Shown one piece after another: positions 7,525-16,143 of a stretch of DNA of 47,849 bases. The notes under the pieces are model-generated. The model was not told the origin of the DNA, made no database searches, and saw only the letters and a program-made list of their open reading frames with translations. The position numbers were made by a program, and so were the translations under genes. Source of the stretch: a virus (Duplodnaviria > Caudoviricetes); the IMG/VR virus record IMGVR_UViG_3300008255_000178, positions 1 to 47,849 of that record; one strand, given 5' to 3'. Each line of letters begins with the position of its first letter. Position 1 is the first letter of the stretch.

Positions 7525-8478
7525 CTACAGGTCGCTCTTGCTTCGAATGGATTGGAAGGTCGGGAAGCGCGGTTTATCCTTGACACCTTTCGGAAACATC
7601 TTTGCCTTTGCGACCTGCCCAATCAGCAAGTTTGGCTCCTGGAAGTATCGAACGCGGTCGTCGTGCGTCATGCTACCTGCCCCGATCTTAACAATCGAAC
7701 CTTCGGCGAACAGAACCGCACCCTTGGCGTCCAAAATGTCTTTGATGACACGCCCCATCATTGCGCCCACCATCCCATTCGGGACCATGTTCTCCTGATG
7801 GGAGCTTCGGAACTGCAACCCGAGCTCGTTGGTCTGCGCTTCGTTGGTGTTGGTGACACCTTCAATGATCTCCGTCACTTCCACTTCGAAGTCGATGAAC
7901 CTCTTGATCCGCAGCAGCCCGCCTTCCTTGACGGTGGAGCGCCCTTGCTTGTGCATCCCTTGCGGGTCACGAATGATGGTGCCCTCGTACCCCATGTCGA
8001 GCCACGTAGCATCCACCTCCAGAAGTTGCTCAAGACTTGCACACATGACAGACGGGATACAGCGCAAGTGATGCGACAGGTCGTGCAAGTGCGGATCCGC
8101 TCGCAGTGCAGCAACCCGCGCCGCCATTGCTACGAGGCGCTGGCTGTACGGGAGATCGGCCGTTTCCGGTGTGACGTAGTCAAAGACGTGCCACAGGATC
8201 CACGGTGCGCCCTCGATGGTACTGAGTGCGGATGTGGTCAGCCTGCAGAGGTCCGGGTGGCACTCGTGCTCCGCAGCCATTTCACCGTCGAAGCCCGCCA
8301 ACGACGAGTGGCTGAAATATCCAGTCACATGCCGGTTGGCGTGCTTCTTCAAGCTGCGCCCGGTTAGCGTCCCTGTCATGTTCAACGCACGAACCCCGTC
8401 AATCTTGGGCTGCGCTATGACAGGGAAACGAATCTTCGATTCGTCGTAATCGGAAGCGAGCATTGGCTTGGATATCAT
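7525..8478 (-). CDS. ATP-dependent DNA ligase
   Basis: KPMLA, QPKIDGVR (adenylated Lys), FDGE, EGTIIR, LLRIKR, PRFP; start moved to ATG 8478 overlapping the HNH stop. Confidence 0.92.
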   Translation of the reverse strand: MISKPMLASDYDESKIRFPVIAQPKIDGVRALNMTGTLTGRSLKKHANRHVTGYFSHSSLAGFDGEMAAEHECHPDLCRLTTSALSTIEGAPWILWHVFDYVTPETADLPYSQRLVAMAARVAALRADPHLHDLSHHLRCIPSVMCASLEQLLEVDATWLDMGYEGTIIRDPQGMHKQGRSTVKEGGLLRIKRFIDFEVEVTEIIEGVTNTNEAQTNELGLQFRSSHQENMVPNGMVGAMMGRVIKDILDAKGAVLFAEGSIVKIGAGSMTHDDRVRYFQEPNLLIGQVAKAKMFPKGVKDKPRFPTFQSIRSKSDL

Positions 8479-8993
8479 TTCCATTCCTCCATCGTTTTTG
8501 ATCCTTTGGATAAGTTGCAAGGAGCGCACAGTAACTGAACATTGTCGTCCGTATTTGTTCCTCCGCGTGAAAGCGGAATAACATGATCCAGATGCGGGTT
8601 CTTCAATTCGCATCCGCAACCATTGCAAAGCCCGTTCTGCTTGTCGTGCAATTCCTTACGAATTCCAGAGCTTAATTCGCCCACACTGTAATCACGTCGC
8701 TCTTGGTTCTTCGCAGACATATAGTCCAACTGCCTACGCCATTCCTCTTCAGTATGGTTTTCCTTCAAGTGGCGCTGGCTATCCCAAGGGCGACGGTTTC
8801 TGGAACGAGCGTCCAAGGCTCTAGCGTGTTGCGGGTTGTTTGTCTGACGAATAAACATATCGTCCGCGTGGCACTGTAAGCAGCCACGGTTCGAAGTAGA
8901 GCGTTCCGCAACATGCCCGCGACCGCAAGGCTTGCCTGTGAAGTACCGGAGCAGGCCTTGTGCTAGAGCTTCAGACCTCGTTACCAATTTCAC
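8475..8993 (-). CDS. Free-standing HNH endonuclease
   Basis: N-terminal YFTGKPCGRGH zinc motif; C-terminal CNGC...HLDHVIPLSRGG...NVQLLCAPCNLSK. Confidence 0.88.
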   Translation of the reverse strand: MKLVTRSEALAQGLLRYFTGKPCGRGHVAERSTSNRGCLQCHADDMFIRQTNNPQHARALDARSRNRRPWDSQRHLKENHTEEEWRRQLDYMSAKNQERRDYSVGELSSGIRKELHDKQNGLCNGCGCELKNPHLDHVIPLSRGGTNTDDNVQLLCAPCNLSKGSKTMEEWK

Positions 8994-9139
8994 AGTGGCA
9001 CCATCTCGCGACGGATGTTTCCACGCTGGCCCTTGAACGTCACCAGCATCGGCGGAGGGGTGTAGCCCCAGGCCTTCGCGGTGTGGTAGGCGACCGGCTT
9101 GGGCGCCAGTCGCTGGATGAGTTGGATTTCACGTGCCAT
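8990..9139 (-). CDS. Small hypothetical protein (49 aa, MAREIQLIQRL...)
   Basis: Manual ORF; TAATG overlap with the thyX stop and GTGA overlap with the HNH start; AGGAG upstream. Confidence 0.6.
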   Translation of the reverse strand: MAREIQLIQRLAPKPVAYHTAKAWGYTPPPMLVTFKGQRGNIRREMVPL

Positions 9140-9804
9140 TACAGTGTCTCCTTGAATGCGGCCACAGCAAAGGGAACGATCGGCTCAACCAGCTCCAGCA
9201 TGGCTTCCGCATACACGCGGATTTCCTTCTGTGCGTGCTCGTGCAGACGCAGGCACAGGAAGTGGAACAGGTTATGCAGATCGACGGTTGCGAACATGCG
9301 CGAATAAGTCGAGCAGGGTAACACGCTGCGAGCCAGCTCACGCGGGCAACCTTGCGCCAGGAGTTCCTTGTAGAGCGCAAAGGCGTCCATCATGGACTTC
9401 CGCATGTAGCTCTGCATCAGAACCGCGTTGCTGTGTTGCTCGTCGGTTCGCATCTGCTTGTTCGACGTGTGCTGGTGCGTGATGTCGTGCAGCTCGGGAA
9501 CGTAGAACTCTTCCGGGAGCTCGCTGTAACGGGCGCTGACCTCGTTGTAAGACCACGTCCTGTGACGGTGCCACTGCCGGAACACAAACAGCGGAGCCTT
9601 GACTTCGAACGTAAAGGTGACCGCTTCGAACGGGCTGGTGTGGTGGTTCTTCATCAGGTAAGCGATCAACTTCTCGTCCTTACCTTCATCTTCACCAGTG
9701 CGCCAGTCAGCGTCGTAGCTTACGCGGGCAGCGCGGACAATGGACAGGTCGTTGCCCATGTGATCCACCAGCCGCACCAGACCATGATCAAGAACTTGCT
9801 TCAT
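9139..9804 (-). CDS. thyX: Flavin-dependent thymidylate synthase
   Basis: AARVSY, HTSPFE, RQWHRHRTWSYNEVSARY ThyX motif, RELARSVLP, HAQKEIR. Confidence 0.95.
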   Translation of the reverse strand: MKQVLDHGLVRLVDHMGNDLSIVRAARVSYDADWRTGEDEGKDEKLIAYLMKNHHTSPFEAVTFTFEVKAPLFVFRQWHRHRTWSYNEVSARYSELPEEFYVPELHDITHQHTSNKQMRTDEQHSNAVLMQSYMRKSMMDAFALYKELLAQGCPRELARSVLPCSTYSRMFATVDLHNLFHFLCLRLHEHAQKEIRVYAEAMLELVEPIVPFAVAAFKETL

Positions 9805-10235
9805 GCTTGCTCACCTGCTTTCTTTGCCTTTGCGGGCAACACGATTTCCAGGGCCGGCGAACCGGGCTTCACGATCAGGGCGCGGTCAAAGAGCTGGCGC
9901 TGCTCTTCGGTCAGCGTGCGGTATTCCTTCAGCACGAGGCTCGGCTTGTACTGCACCAGCGCGTCGGCGGAGATACCCGCTTGCACGAACTGCTCTTTCA
10001 TGGCACCAAGGGCACCAGGATCGATTTCGCGGTTGATCGTGTGCTTACCCTTGAGAACCCATCCGTCAGCGAGCGGTGCGGAGTTGGTGCCCTCAACGGG
10101 GGACGGGAAGTACGCGCCGAAAATCTTTTGGCGCAGCAGCATCTCGGACGCCTTGATGCTCTTCAGTTCGTCTTGCAGGCGATACCATTCCGCGAGGTCT
10201 TCTTGCGTCACGGTGTTGGCGGGAATGTTGGTCAT
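9801..10235 (-). CDS. Hypothetical phage protein
   Basis: ATGA-coupled ORF with genome-typical codon use. Confidence 0.75.
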   Translation of the reverse strand: MTNIPANTVTQEDLAEWYRLQDELKSIKASEMLLRQKIFGAYFPSPVEGTNSAPLADGWVLKGKHTINREIDPGALGAMKEQFVQAGISADALVQYKPSLVLKEYRTLTEEQRQLFDRALIVKPGSPALEIVLPAKAKKAGEQA

Positions 10236-10456
10236 GCTGCCTCCAGCGTCAGTTGATCACCATCATCGTTGAGGGTGCAGTTAAGTGGCGCCTCGCACAC
10301 CGGGCAGTCATGTGTCCAGGTTCCGGACTTTTCAGACCGCACAGTCTTCTCGAGGCGGGTTGCGAGCTCTTCAATCAAAGGGCTCTTCGGACGAGCGTCA
10401 TCGACGTAGCGAAGAAGCTCTTCGTCCGTAAGGTTGGAATATTTGGTGTGCGCCAT
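10232..10456 (-). CDS. Hypothetical protein with CPVC motif
   Basis: Coupled ORF in the operon. Confidence 0.65.
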   Translation of the reverse strand: MAHTKYSNLTDEELLRYVDDARPKSPLIEELATRLEKTVRSEKSGTWTHDCPVCEAPLNCTLNDDGDQLTLEAA

Positions 10457-10458
10457 GA

Positions 10459-10812
10459 TTAAGCCTTGTCGGCGCGTTCCTGGGCGTGTTTGTCGCTGTA
10501 CGTCCCGGAGCTGTAACGCTTGGACAGCTTGGCGATGTTGTGCTCAAGCACTTCCTGGCGGGTGATGCCCAACCCCTGACGCAGGCCTTCCATGTAGAAC
10601 TCAAGGTCGCCGAGTTCCTCAACCACGTTGGCGCGGTCGATGGGCTTGCGGTAGATCGCTGCTTTCTTGATAGCGTCCAGCAGTTCGCCAGCTTCACCAG
10701 CGATGCCGACTGCCATGTGCAGCGAGTGAGCGTCTTCGGGTGTCAGAGTGGCGACAATATCCGCGCCGGGTTTGGCAAGTGCCTGGACAAGTTCGGGGTG
10801 AGTAATGGACAT
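10459..10812 (-). CDS. MazG-like nucleotide pyrophosphohydrolase
   Basis: GIAGEAGELLDAIKK...EELGDLEFY...NIAKLSKRY. Confidence 0.9.
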   Translation of the reverse strand: MSITHPELVQALAKPGADIVATLTPEDAHSLHMAVGIAGEAGELLDAIKKAAIYRKPIDRANVVEELGDLEFYMEGLRQGLGITRQEVLEHNIAKLSKRYSSGTYSDKHAQERADKA

Positions 10813-10851
10813 CGGATTCTCCTTGGTTATGTGCGTTAGCGCACGTTCGTT

Positions 10852-10880
10852 ACTGTACTGTAACGGGCGTTACTTCACAA
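10852..10880 (-). promoter_or_regulatory. Sigma70-like promoter TTGTGA-N17-TACAGT
   Basis: Intergenic, 17-nt spacer containing a GTAAC/GTTAC inverted repeat. Confidence 0.55.
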
Positions 10881-10883
10881 GCT

Positions 10884-13130
10884 CTACAGGACATCAGGGA
10901 GGCTGACAATACGATACGCCTTGCCGTGGAAGTTCCATTCGACCGGAATCTTATCCTTCGGCACCTCGACGAGATACCCGCTGTCCATCAAGCTGCGAAT
11001 GGTGTGGTCAAGTGCAAGCGTCTGGCCCAGCTTATGCTTGACGAATGAGTTCGTACGTTGCAGTCGGATCTGGAGGTACTTCCTAGCGACCACACCAGCC
11101 TTCCGCATGTCGTCGGGTATCTTGTAACCTGCCGCGATGGGGTGTTGCAGGTAGTCGGCAAGGATTGACAACAGCTTGCGCTCGCGCACGACATCACCGT
11201 CGCCCACGTCACCGTCGGACATCTTACGCCGCATGATGGAAATGTCGCGGTGAATAAGGTTGAGCGCCCATTCCGCGTGCTCCTCCGTCACAACAGGCGA
11301 CCCCGGACAGTCCGTCACAGCAAGCAACCCCGCAACCTTGAGCGCCTTGAGGTGCGCCCGGTTCCACATTTGACGCCAGGACTCGTCGTCCGTTGCGTTG
11401 ATCTGCTGGTCACAATGCTTGTCGAATGCGTCCAGCATGATCTGGGCTTCACGCGACAACGCAACGTCAAAGAACCCGCCGGGCGGGCACTGCATCACAA
11501 TGTCCGCTCCGTTCAAAAGGATGTTCTTTAATTCCTCCGGGATGGGCACACTGTTCGCAGTGTTGAATTCCGGTCGCAGGCCTGCATATTCGATAACAAT
11601 GAAGCGCGACATGAACCCGTCTTGCATCATGGTATTCGTAAGCGACTCGTAGAACGTGTCCGGTGTCGTTTCGCCAATCATGCTATAGGCAACACCATTG
11701 ACCGAGGCGACGTTCTTTTCCTTGTCGCTGTACCCGATACCGCCAACGATGGTGCCCGCCGACGACTTTTGATACAGGTTCGTCATGACGGTGCGCAACG
11801 ACGACATCGGGCCCTCAGTGTGGTCATCACTCATCTTGCGCAGCTTGCGACCCCATTCACCAGCCACATTGACGAAGCTGCCGCGTTCGCTATTGCTGAT
11901 CGCTTTCACCAGTGCCGGGCCAGATGCGTAGTCGCTGAAATCCACAAACGCAGAGAACGCCGTTGCACCGGAACTCATCATAATGTGGCACAGCTTGCTG
12001 ATGCTGCTGTGCATGGCTTCTTTACCGACAGCACTGCGGGCGACAAGAACGATATAAAGGTTGAGGCCGCTGCCGCTGATGTTGTATGCACGTCCGTAGA
12101 TGCCTGCTACCAGCCCAAGCGCCGACACGATTGCAACCTCGCGCACCGGACGCGGTGCGAGTGCGTAGAACCATTGAGCAAGCTGGCCAACAATGCCTGG
12201 AGGCCAATCCAGCGTCGATTCCGTTGCAACGGGGAGCAAGCGTTGTGGCGCAGCCTGTGCAACAAGCTGCACAGCGTTGGCCTGGGCCGCAGCAGCCGCA
12301 GCGTCCTCGCGTTGCTGCCGACCGCGAATCATTGCCAGCGTGCGGTCAATATAACGATTGTTCTTCTGTGCTTTGTCCCGTTGTCCAAGACCTGACAGAC
12401 GGAACAGTCTGCGAACTTGTTCATTGGACTTGGTGTAGAAGCACAGCATTGACAGCAGCGACAAGTCCGCCTCGGATTGTGATGGGTAGCCAAGCTCTGC
12501 CCATCCACCTGCCCAGAGGGCTTTGAATTTGTCGCCGTTTGCAGCGTCAGCCGCCTTTTGCCAGAGCTCTTCGTCGGTAATGGTTTCATCCTGCTCCACC
12601 AGTTCAATATGATTGGTCTGTGCAGCAGCGCGGATCTCCGCCACCAATAAATCCAACAGCTCTTGACGGTCTTCGACGGGCTTTTGGAATCCAGGCAGTG
12701 CGTCACCTGTGCAGATGATGAAGCGTTGCTGTGAATACACCTCCACACCGTCACGCCTGCAACCTGTGCCCACCTTACCCCTGACCCAAATGTGCAAGCC
12801 CTTCCCGCTGCGACTGCGCTCAGTGTAGCTGTCAAACGCTTGCACAATCTTCCAGAACCTGTCAAGCTGGTCTTGCGGCGTGTTGTCTTTGACGTCAAGG
12901 TCAATGCAGGTAAAGCAATCGTCGTCGGACAGGACGAAACCAATCCCGGCACCGTCACCCCATTGGGCCGCTGTAAGCGCGGCGCTGTACCAGTCCGACC
13001 AGTTACTCGGGTTCGTTACGCTGGCCCGGTGCCCGCTCGTTGTGTAAGGGCTCTTGTCGGGCGCCGCCACGCACCATTTCGGCACATAGCGCAGTTCGTC
13101 CGGTAGAGCTTGCCATTGCGCTGGAATCAT
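10884..13130 (-). CDS. Primase-polymerase/helicase fusion (AEP primase N-terminus, helix bundle, C-terminal P-loop domain)
   Basis: GIGFVL...CIDLD, ERSRSGKGLHIW, EVYS..RF; SQSEADL helix bundle; degenerate Walker A ARSAVGKE. Confidence 0.85.
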   Translation of the reverse strand: MIPAQWQALPDELRYVPKWCVAAPDKSPYTTSGHRASVTNPSNWSDWYSAALTAAQWGDGAGIGFVLSDDDCFTCIDLDVKDNTPQDQLDRFWKIVQAFDSYTERSRSGKGLHIWVRGKVGTGCRRDGVEVYSQQRFIICTGDALPGFQKPVEDRQELLDLLVAEIRAAAQTNHIELVEQDETITDEELWQKAADAANGDKFKALWAGGWAELGYPSQSEADLSLLSMLCFYTKSNEQVRRLFRLSGLGQRDKAQKNNRYIDRTLAMIRGRQQREDAAAAAAQANAVQLVAQAAPQRLLPVATESTLDWPPGIVGQLAQWFYALAPRPVREVAIVSALGLVAGIYGRAYNISGSGLNLYIVLVARSAVGKEAMHSSISKLCHIMMSSGATAFSAFVDFSDYASGPALVKAISNSERGSFVNVAGEWGRKLRKMSDDHTEGPMSSLRTVMTNLYQKSSAGTIVGGIGYSDKEKNVASVNGVAYSMIGETTPDTFYESLTNTMMQDGFMSRFIVIEYAGLRPEFNTANSVPIPEELKNILLNGADIVMQCPPGGFFDVALSREAQIMLDAFDKHCDQQINATDDESWRQMWNRAHLKALKVAGLLAVTDCPGSPVVTEEHAEWALNLIHRDISIMRRKMSDGDVGDGDVVRERKLLSILADYLQHPIAAGYKIPDDMRKAGVVARKYLQIRLQRTNSFVKHKLGQTLALDHTIRSLMDSGYLVEVPKDKIPVEWNFHGKAYRIVSLPDVL

Positions 13131-13366
13131 GCAGTGACTCCCCGACGAGCATCCAGCACGACCTTCCAGGCTGCGAGGTAGTCTTTCACCTTGTCGCGTT
13201 CCCAGATAAAGATCTTGCCCTGAATGTCAATCGGGTCGGGGAGCTTACCAGTGCGCCGAGCCAAGAGGATTGTGGTACGGGTCACGCCCAGCGTCTCCAT
13301 GATCTCCGAACTGGTGATATACCGTTCGTCAAATTCCCGCTGGGCGTCATTAGCCTTTGACGTCAT
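13127..13366 (-). CDS. AlpA/excisionase-like helix-turn-helix protein
   Basis: YITSSEIMETLGVTRTTI...GKLPDPI...IWERDKV. Confidence 0.75.
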   Translation of the reverse strand: MTSKANDAQREFDERYITSSEIMETLGVTRTTILLARRTGKLPDPIDIQGKIFIWERDKVKDYLAAWKVVLDARRGVTA

Positions 13367-13400
13367 GATTGTTTATCCTGTGGTGGAGTAATTGCGTTGC

Positions 13401-13429
13401 ATTGTACCGAGCCGGCTTAGGCTTCGCAA
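13401..13429 (-). promoter_or_regulatory. Sigma70-like promoter TTGCGA-N17-TACAAT
   Basis: Intergenic, 17-nt spacer. Confidence 0.65.
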
Positions 13430-13435
13430 CGTGAG

Positions 13436-14173
13436 TTAAGGAATCCACTTCGGAGCTCCGCGAGCCTTAAGCATGTTGAGTGCAATACGTTGTTCCTGCA
13501 CCTTTTGCTGAACTTCCGCAATACGAGCAGCGCATTCACGCTCGATGACTTCCACCTGTTCGCGCACAGCGGATTCGCAAGCCTTGAGCTCGTTGGACTT
13601 GTCCAGGACTTCCTTTTTATACGCCCGGCAGCTTTCAATCCATTCCTTATAACGTCCGGCCTGCTCTTCCTTTGCAGCGTGCGCGGCATCGTTGCGAGGG
13701 CGACCGCGCTTCTTTGGCTTGTGTCCGCGAATGTCTTCGAACCGCAATTCTAATTCGTATTTGCAGTGCATGAGAAAGCTATTCGCGTCATACACAAGGA
13801 ACAACGGCTCGCCTTCCCACCAGCTTTCCCCCGTTGTGAGCTGATAGAAAGGGCGCGAAAAATATTCAAACTGCTTTTGGAACCGTTCCTGAATGTTTTC
13901 GTGCTGGCTGGTAAGCAACTCCGGATCAGGATCATCTTTGACCACACTGATGCCCGTCACTTCGATCATGCGAGGGAACTGCCCGAACCTTATGCAGTCA
14001 AGGATCAGGCTTTCCATATTTTTGATTAGAGGAAAATGTTCTTCCGGGAACCCCGCATTTATAAGAAGTGTAGGCAGGCGGGCTTCCATGTCCGCACGCG
14101 CTTCCGCAAGCTGATCCGCGTTGTCGGGATGGAATAGGTGCTGGCGTACTTCTCCGAACTTTGTTTGATACAT
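13436..14173 (-). CDS. Hypothetical protein with AT-hook-like KKRGRPR and C-terminal coiled coil
   Basis: TAAGGAG RBS; first gene of the leftward arm. Confidence 0.75.
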   Translation of the reverse strand: MYQTKFGEVRQHLFHPDNADQLAEARADMEARLPTLLINAGFPEEHFPLIKNMESLILDCIRFGQFPRMIEVTGISVVKDDPDPELLTSQHENIQERFQKQFEYFSRPFYQLTTGESWWEGEPLFLVYDANSFLMHCKYELELRFEDIRGHKPKKRGRPRNDAAHAAKEEQAGRYKEWIESCRAYKKEVLDKSNELKACESAVREQVEVIERECAARIAEVQQKVQEQRIALNMLKARGAPKWIP

Positions 14174-14203
14174 GATTGACTCCTTATGGTTGTGACGCGG
14201 TGC

Positions 14204-14232
14204 AGTTTATTTGGGCGTCACCTTGAGCGCAA
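14204..14232 (-). promoter_or_regulatory. Leftward sigma70-like promoter TTGCGC-N17-TAAACT
   Basis: Same boxes as 1210-1238. Confidence 0.7.
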
Positions 14233-14239
14233 GCATGGG

Positions 14240-14650
14240 AGGGTGAGTATAAAAAGAGCGTGGCTTTGGCGCAGTTGCTAACGCAAGAACTGCGATTAGC
14301 AAATTAGCAGAAATAGGGCATACCCCCTAGGAACACCATTTCTTTTTGGTGGTGGTATGGTGACCCCATTACTCACTCACCATACCATACTGATAAAGAT
14401 ATACCTTATCTCTATTACTAACTACTAATTTATATATGTTATATAGGGTATATAAGGAGCACTGGTAAGGGTTTGCAGCGATTAGCATCGGGTGCTTTTT
14501 GGGTTCGTTATTATGCCAAAAGTGCGTTAGCAAGGGCTGAAATCGGTGCATTCTTTTTGCTATCGGTATGAATTCGAAAAATCCGCAGAAATCATATGAG
14601 CAATGCGGCACACCGTTGCGACAATCGCCGCGAGCACTGTGGTCATAATT
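14240..14650. other. AT-rich non-coding region between the divergent arms; candidate replication origin
   Basis: Very AT-rich core at about 14390-14455, 11-bp inverted repeat at 14353/14377, GCGATTAGCA direct repeat at 14292/14478. Confidence 0.45.
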
Positions 14651-14658
14651 AACGTGCG

Positions 14659-14687
14659 TTGCGCTCAAGCTGGTGTGTTCCTATACT
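14659..14687 (+). promoter_or_regulatory. Rightward sigma70-like promoter TTGCGC-N17-TATACT
   Basis: 17-nt spacer; AAGGAG and ATG 14716 downstream. Confidence 0.7.
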
Positions 14688-14715
14688 TGCAGCAGTTCAT
14701 TACAAGGAGCGTGGC

Positions 14716-15177
14716 ATGAAAAGGGAATACACTGTGACGGAAGAAGCCTACATCATCATTAAGCAAAGAGGTCCGCGAAATCCGATTTTGGGATCTGATA
14801 TTGCCGACGCAATGGGTGGAACGCTAGGCGGTGGCGTTGGCCCTGCATTGCGGGAGTTGATAGCAACGGAACAGCACATACACAGGAAGAAAGTTCCAGT
14901 GAAAGGCGCGAGGCCTATGTTTGCGTATTGGTACGATGAAACTTCACTTAATCCAGAATTTGGAAAACGTGAAAAGGATTTGACCAGGCGAACTTCGGAC
15001 CATAAAAGAAATCCAAAGGCAAACGACTATAATGTTCCGCCTCGTGCAATGGAACATAAGGGATCAGCAGACAAACCCGAAGTCACGATTACAATGTATG
15101 TCAAACACGGTCCTCTTACACTTACACTGACAGACGCAAAAGATTTATTCACTCAACTCAAAAAGGTATTCTCATGA
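14716..15177 (+). CDS. Hypothetical protein, possible winged-helix N-terminus
   Basis: AAGGAG RBS before ATG 14716; ILGSDIADAMGG...VGPALRELI. Confidence 0.7.
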   Translation: MKREYTVTEEAYIIIKQRGPRNPILGSDIADAMGGTLGGGVGPALRELIATEQHIHRKKVPVKGARPMFAYWYDETSLNPEFGKREKDLTRRTSDHKRNPKANDYNVPPRAMEHKGSADKPEVTITMYVKHGPLTLTLTDAKDLFTQLKKVFS

Positions 15178-15431
15178 GCGTAGGTAATAAACATCCGCAC
15201 TATCACAAAGACGTCAGCAACCTGCAGACGATCGATGTGTATCGAGTGCTCGCATTATTCAACGTCACGGACCCATGTATCCAGCACGCGGTCAAGAAGT
15301 TGCTGGTCGCTGGTGGGCGCGGTGCAGGTAAGGACATCGGCAAGGACGTTCAGGAAGCAATTGACAGCCTGGAACGGTTCAAAGAGATGCGTGTCGAAGA
15401 CACCGTCGGAAAGGACAGGTTCCAACCATGA
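15174..15431 (+). CDS. DUF3310/SaV-like protein (possible T7 gp1.7-type nucleotide kinase relative)
   Basis: HPHY...IDVY...HAVKKLLVAGGRGAGKD..KDVQEAIDSL pattern. Confidence 0.55.
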   Translation: MSVGNKHPHYHKDVSNLQTIDVYRVLALFNVTDPCIQHAVKKLLVAGGRGAGKDIGKDVQEAIDSLERFKEMRVEDTVGKDRFQP

Positions 15432-15793
15432 GCCAGTCTAAAGCGATGAGCCTGCTGGAAGCTGTGGTCAATACGGTCGTTGGCCTGGGTGTTGCAATGG
15501 TCGCCACTGCTGCGATATGCAAGGCCTACGGTATTCCGATGACGTGGGAGAACAATTTCATCATCACTTTCTGGATGACGGTGATATCGATTGTTCGGTC
15601 GTACCTGCTGCGACGCTTGTTCAACGGTGACTGGCGTGGGCGCTTGCGTCGGTTCCTGGATCGTGCGTCTTGCTGGTACGGGCAGAACGGTCGAGGTGCT
15701 CCAATACTGCACAGCCCGCGCCCCTGTGTAGGCTGCGAACGGTGCAATGAGCGTGACGCACTGCGAGCCAAGTTTGACGAGGAGTCAGCATGA
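15428..15793 (+). CDS. Membrane protein with two predicted TM helices
   Basis: Two hydrophobic segments followed by RSYLLRRLFN. Confidence 0.7.
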   Translation: MSQSKAMSLLEAVVNTVVGLGVAMVATAAICKAYGIPMTWENNFIITFWMTVISIVRSYLLRRLFNGDWRGRLRRFLDRASCWYGQNGRGAPILHSPRPCVGCERCNERDALRAKFDEESA

Positions 15794-16143
15794 CACGAAG
15801 GTTCCAGGCTCGGGAGTTGTCGAAGAAGTTCAACTCTCGTGAATTCCAGCTTGCGACGGTCATGTACTGGACGCAACGCTGTCAGGAGCTGCTGCACGAA
15901 CGCGGAACCCTGCCCCGCGAGGAACTCGAATACCTTGCAGAGCAGGCAGCGAAGTTCAAGAACGAGCGTCTGCGCGAGGGCATTGCTGGTCTGATTGGAT
16001 GGGGTGACGAAGAGCGTGCCGAGCTTGAGACGTTCTGCGCCATCGCCCTGGAAGTCATGAAGCAGGCGAGCCCGAGCAAGTTGCGTGAGGCTGCGCTTCG
16101 TGTAGAATTGCGGGTCTTAATGAACGAGAAGGATACACAATGA
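15790..16143 (+). CDS. Hypothetical protein
   Basis: ATGA-coupled, GAGGAG RBS. Confidence 0.7.
   Translation: MTRRFQARELSKKFNSREFQLATVMYWTQRCQELLHERGTLPREELEYLAEQAAKFKNERLREGIAGLIGWGDEERAELETFCAIALEVMKQASPSKLREAALRVELRVLMNEKDTQ

Noticed and set aside
8479-8628. N-terminal 50-aa extension of the ligase given by the ORF track
   Set aside because: Lies inside the HNH gene; ligase motifs begin at MISKPMLA with an ATGA overlap
13127-13366. Temperate lifestyle inferred from the excisionase-like HTH
   Set aside because: No integrase, repressor or partition genes recognised anywhere in the window
14369-14668. 99-aa minus-strand ORF in the AT-rich gap
   Set aside because: No RBS, atypical composition, overlaps the promoter and repeats
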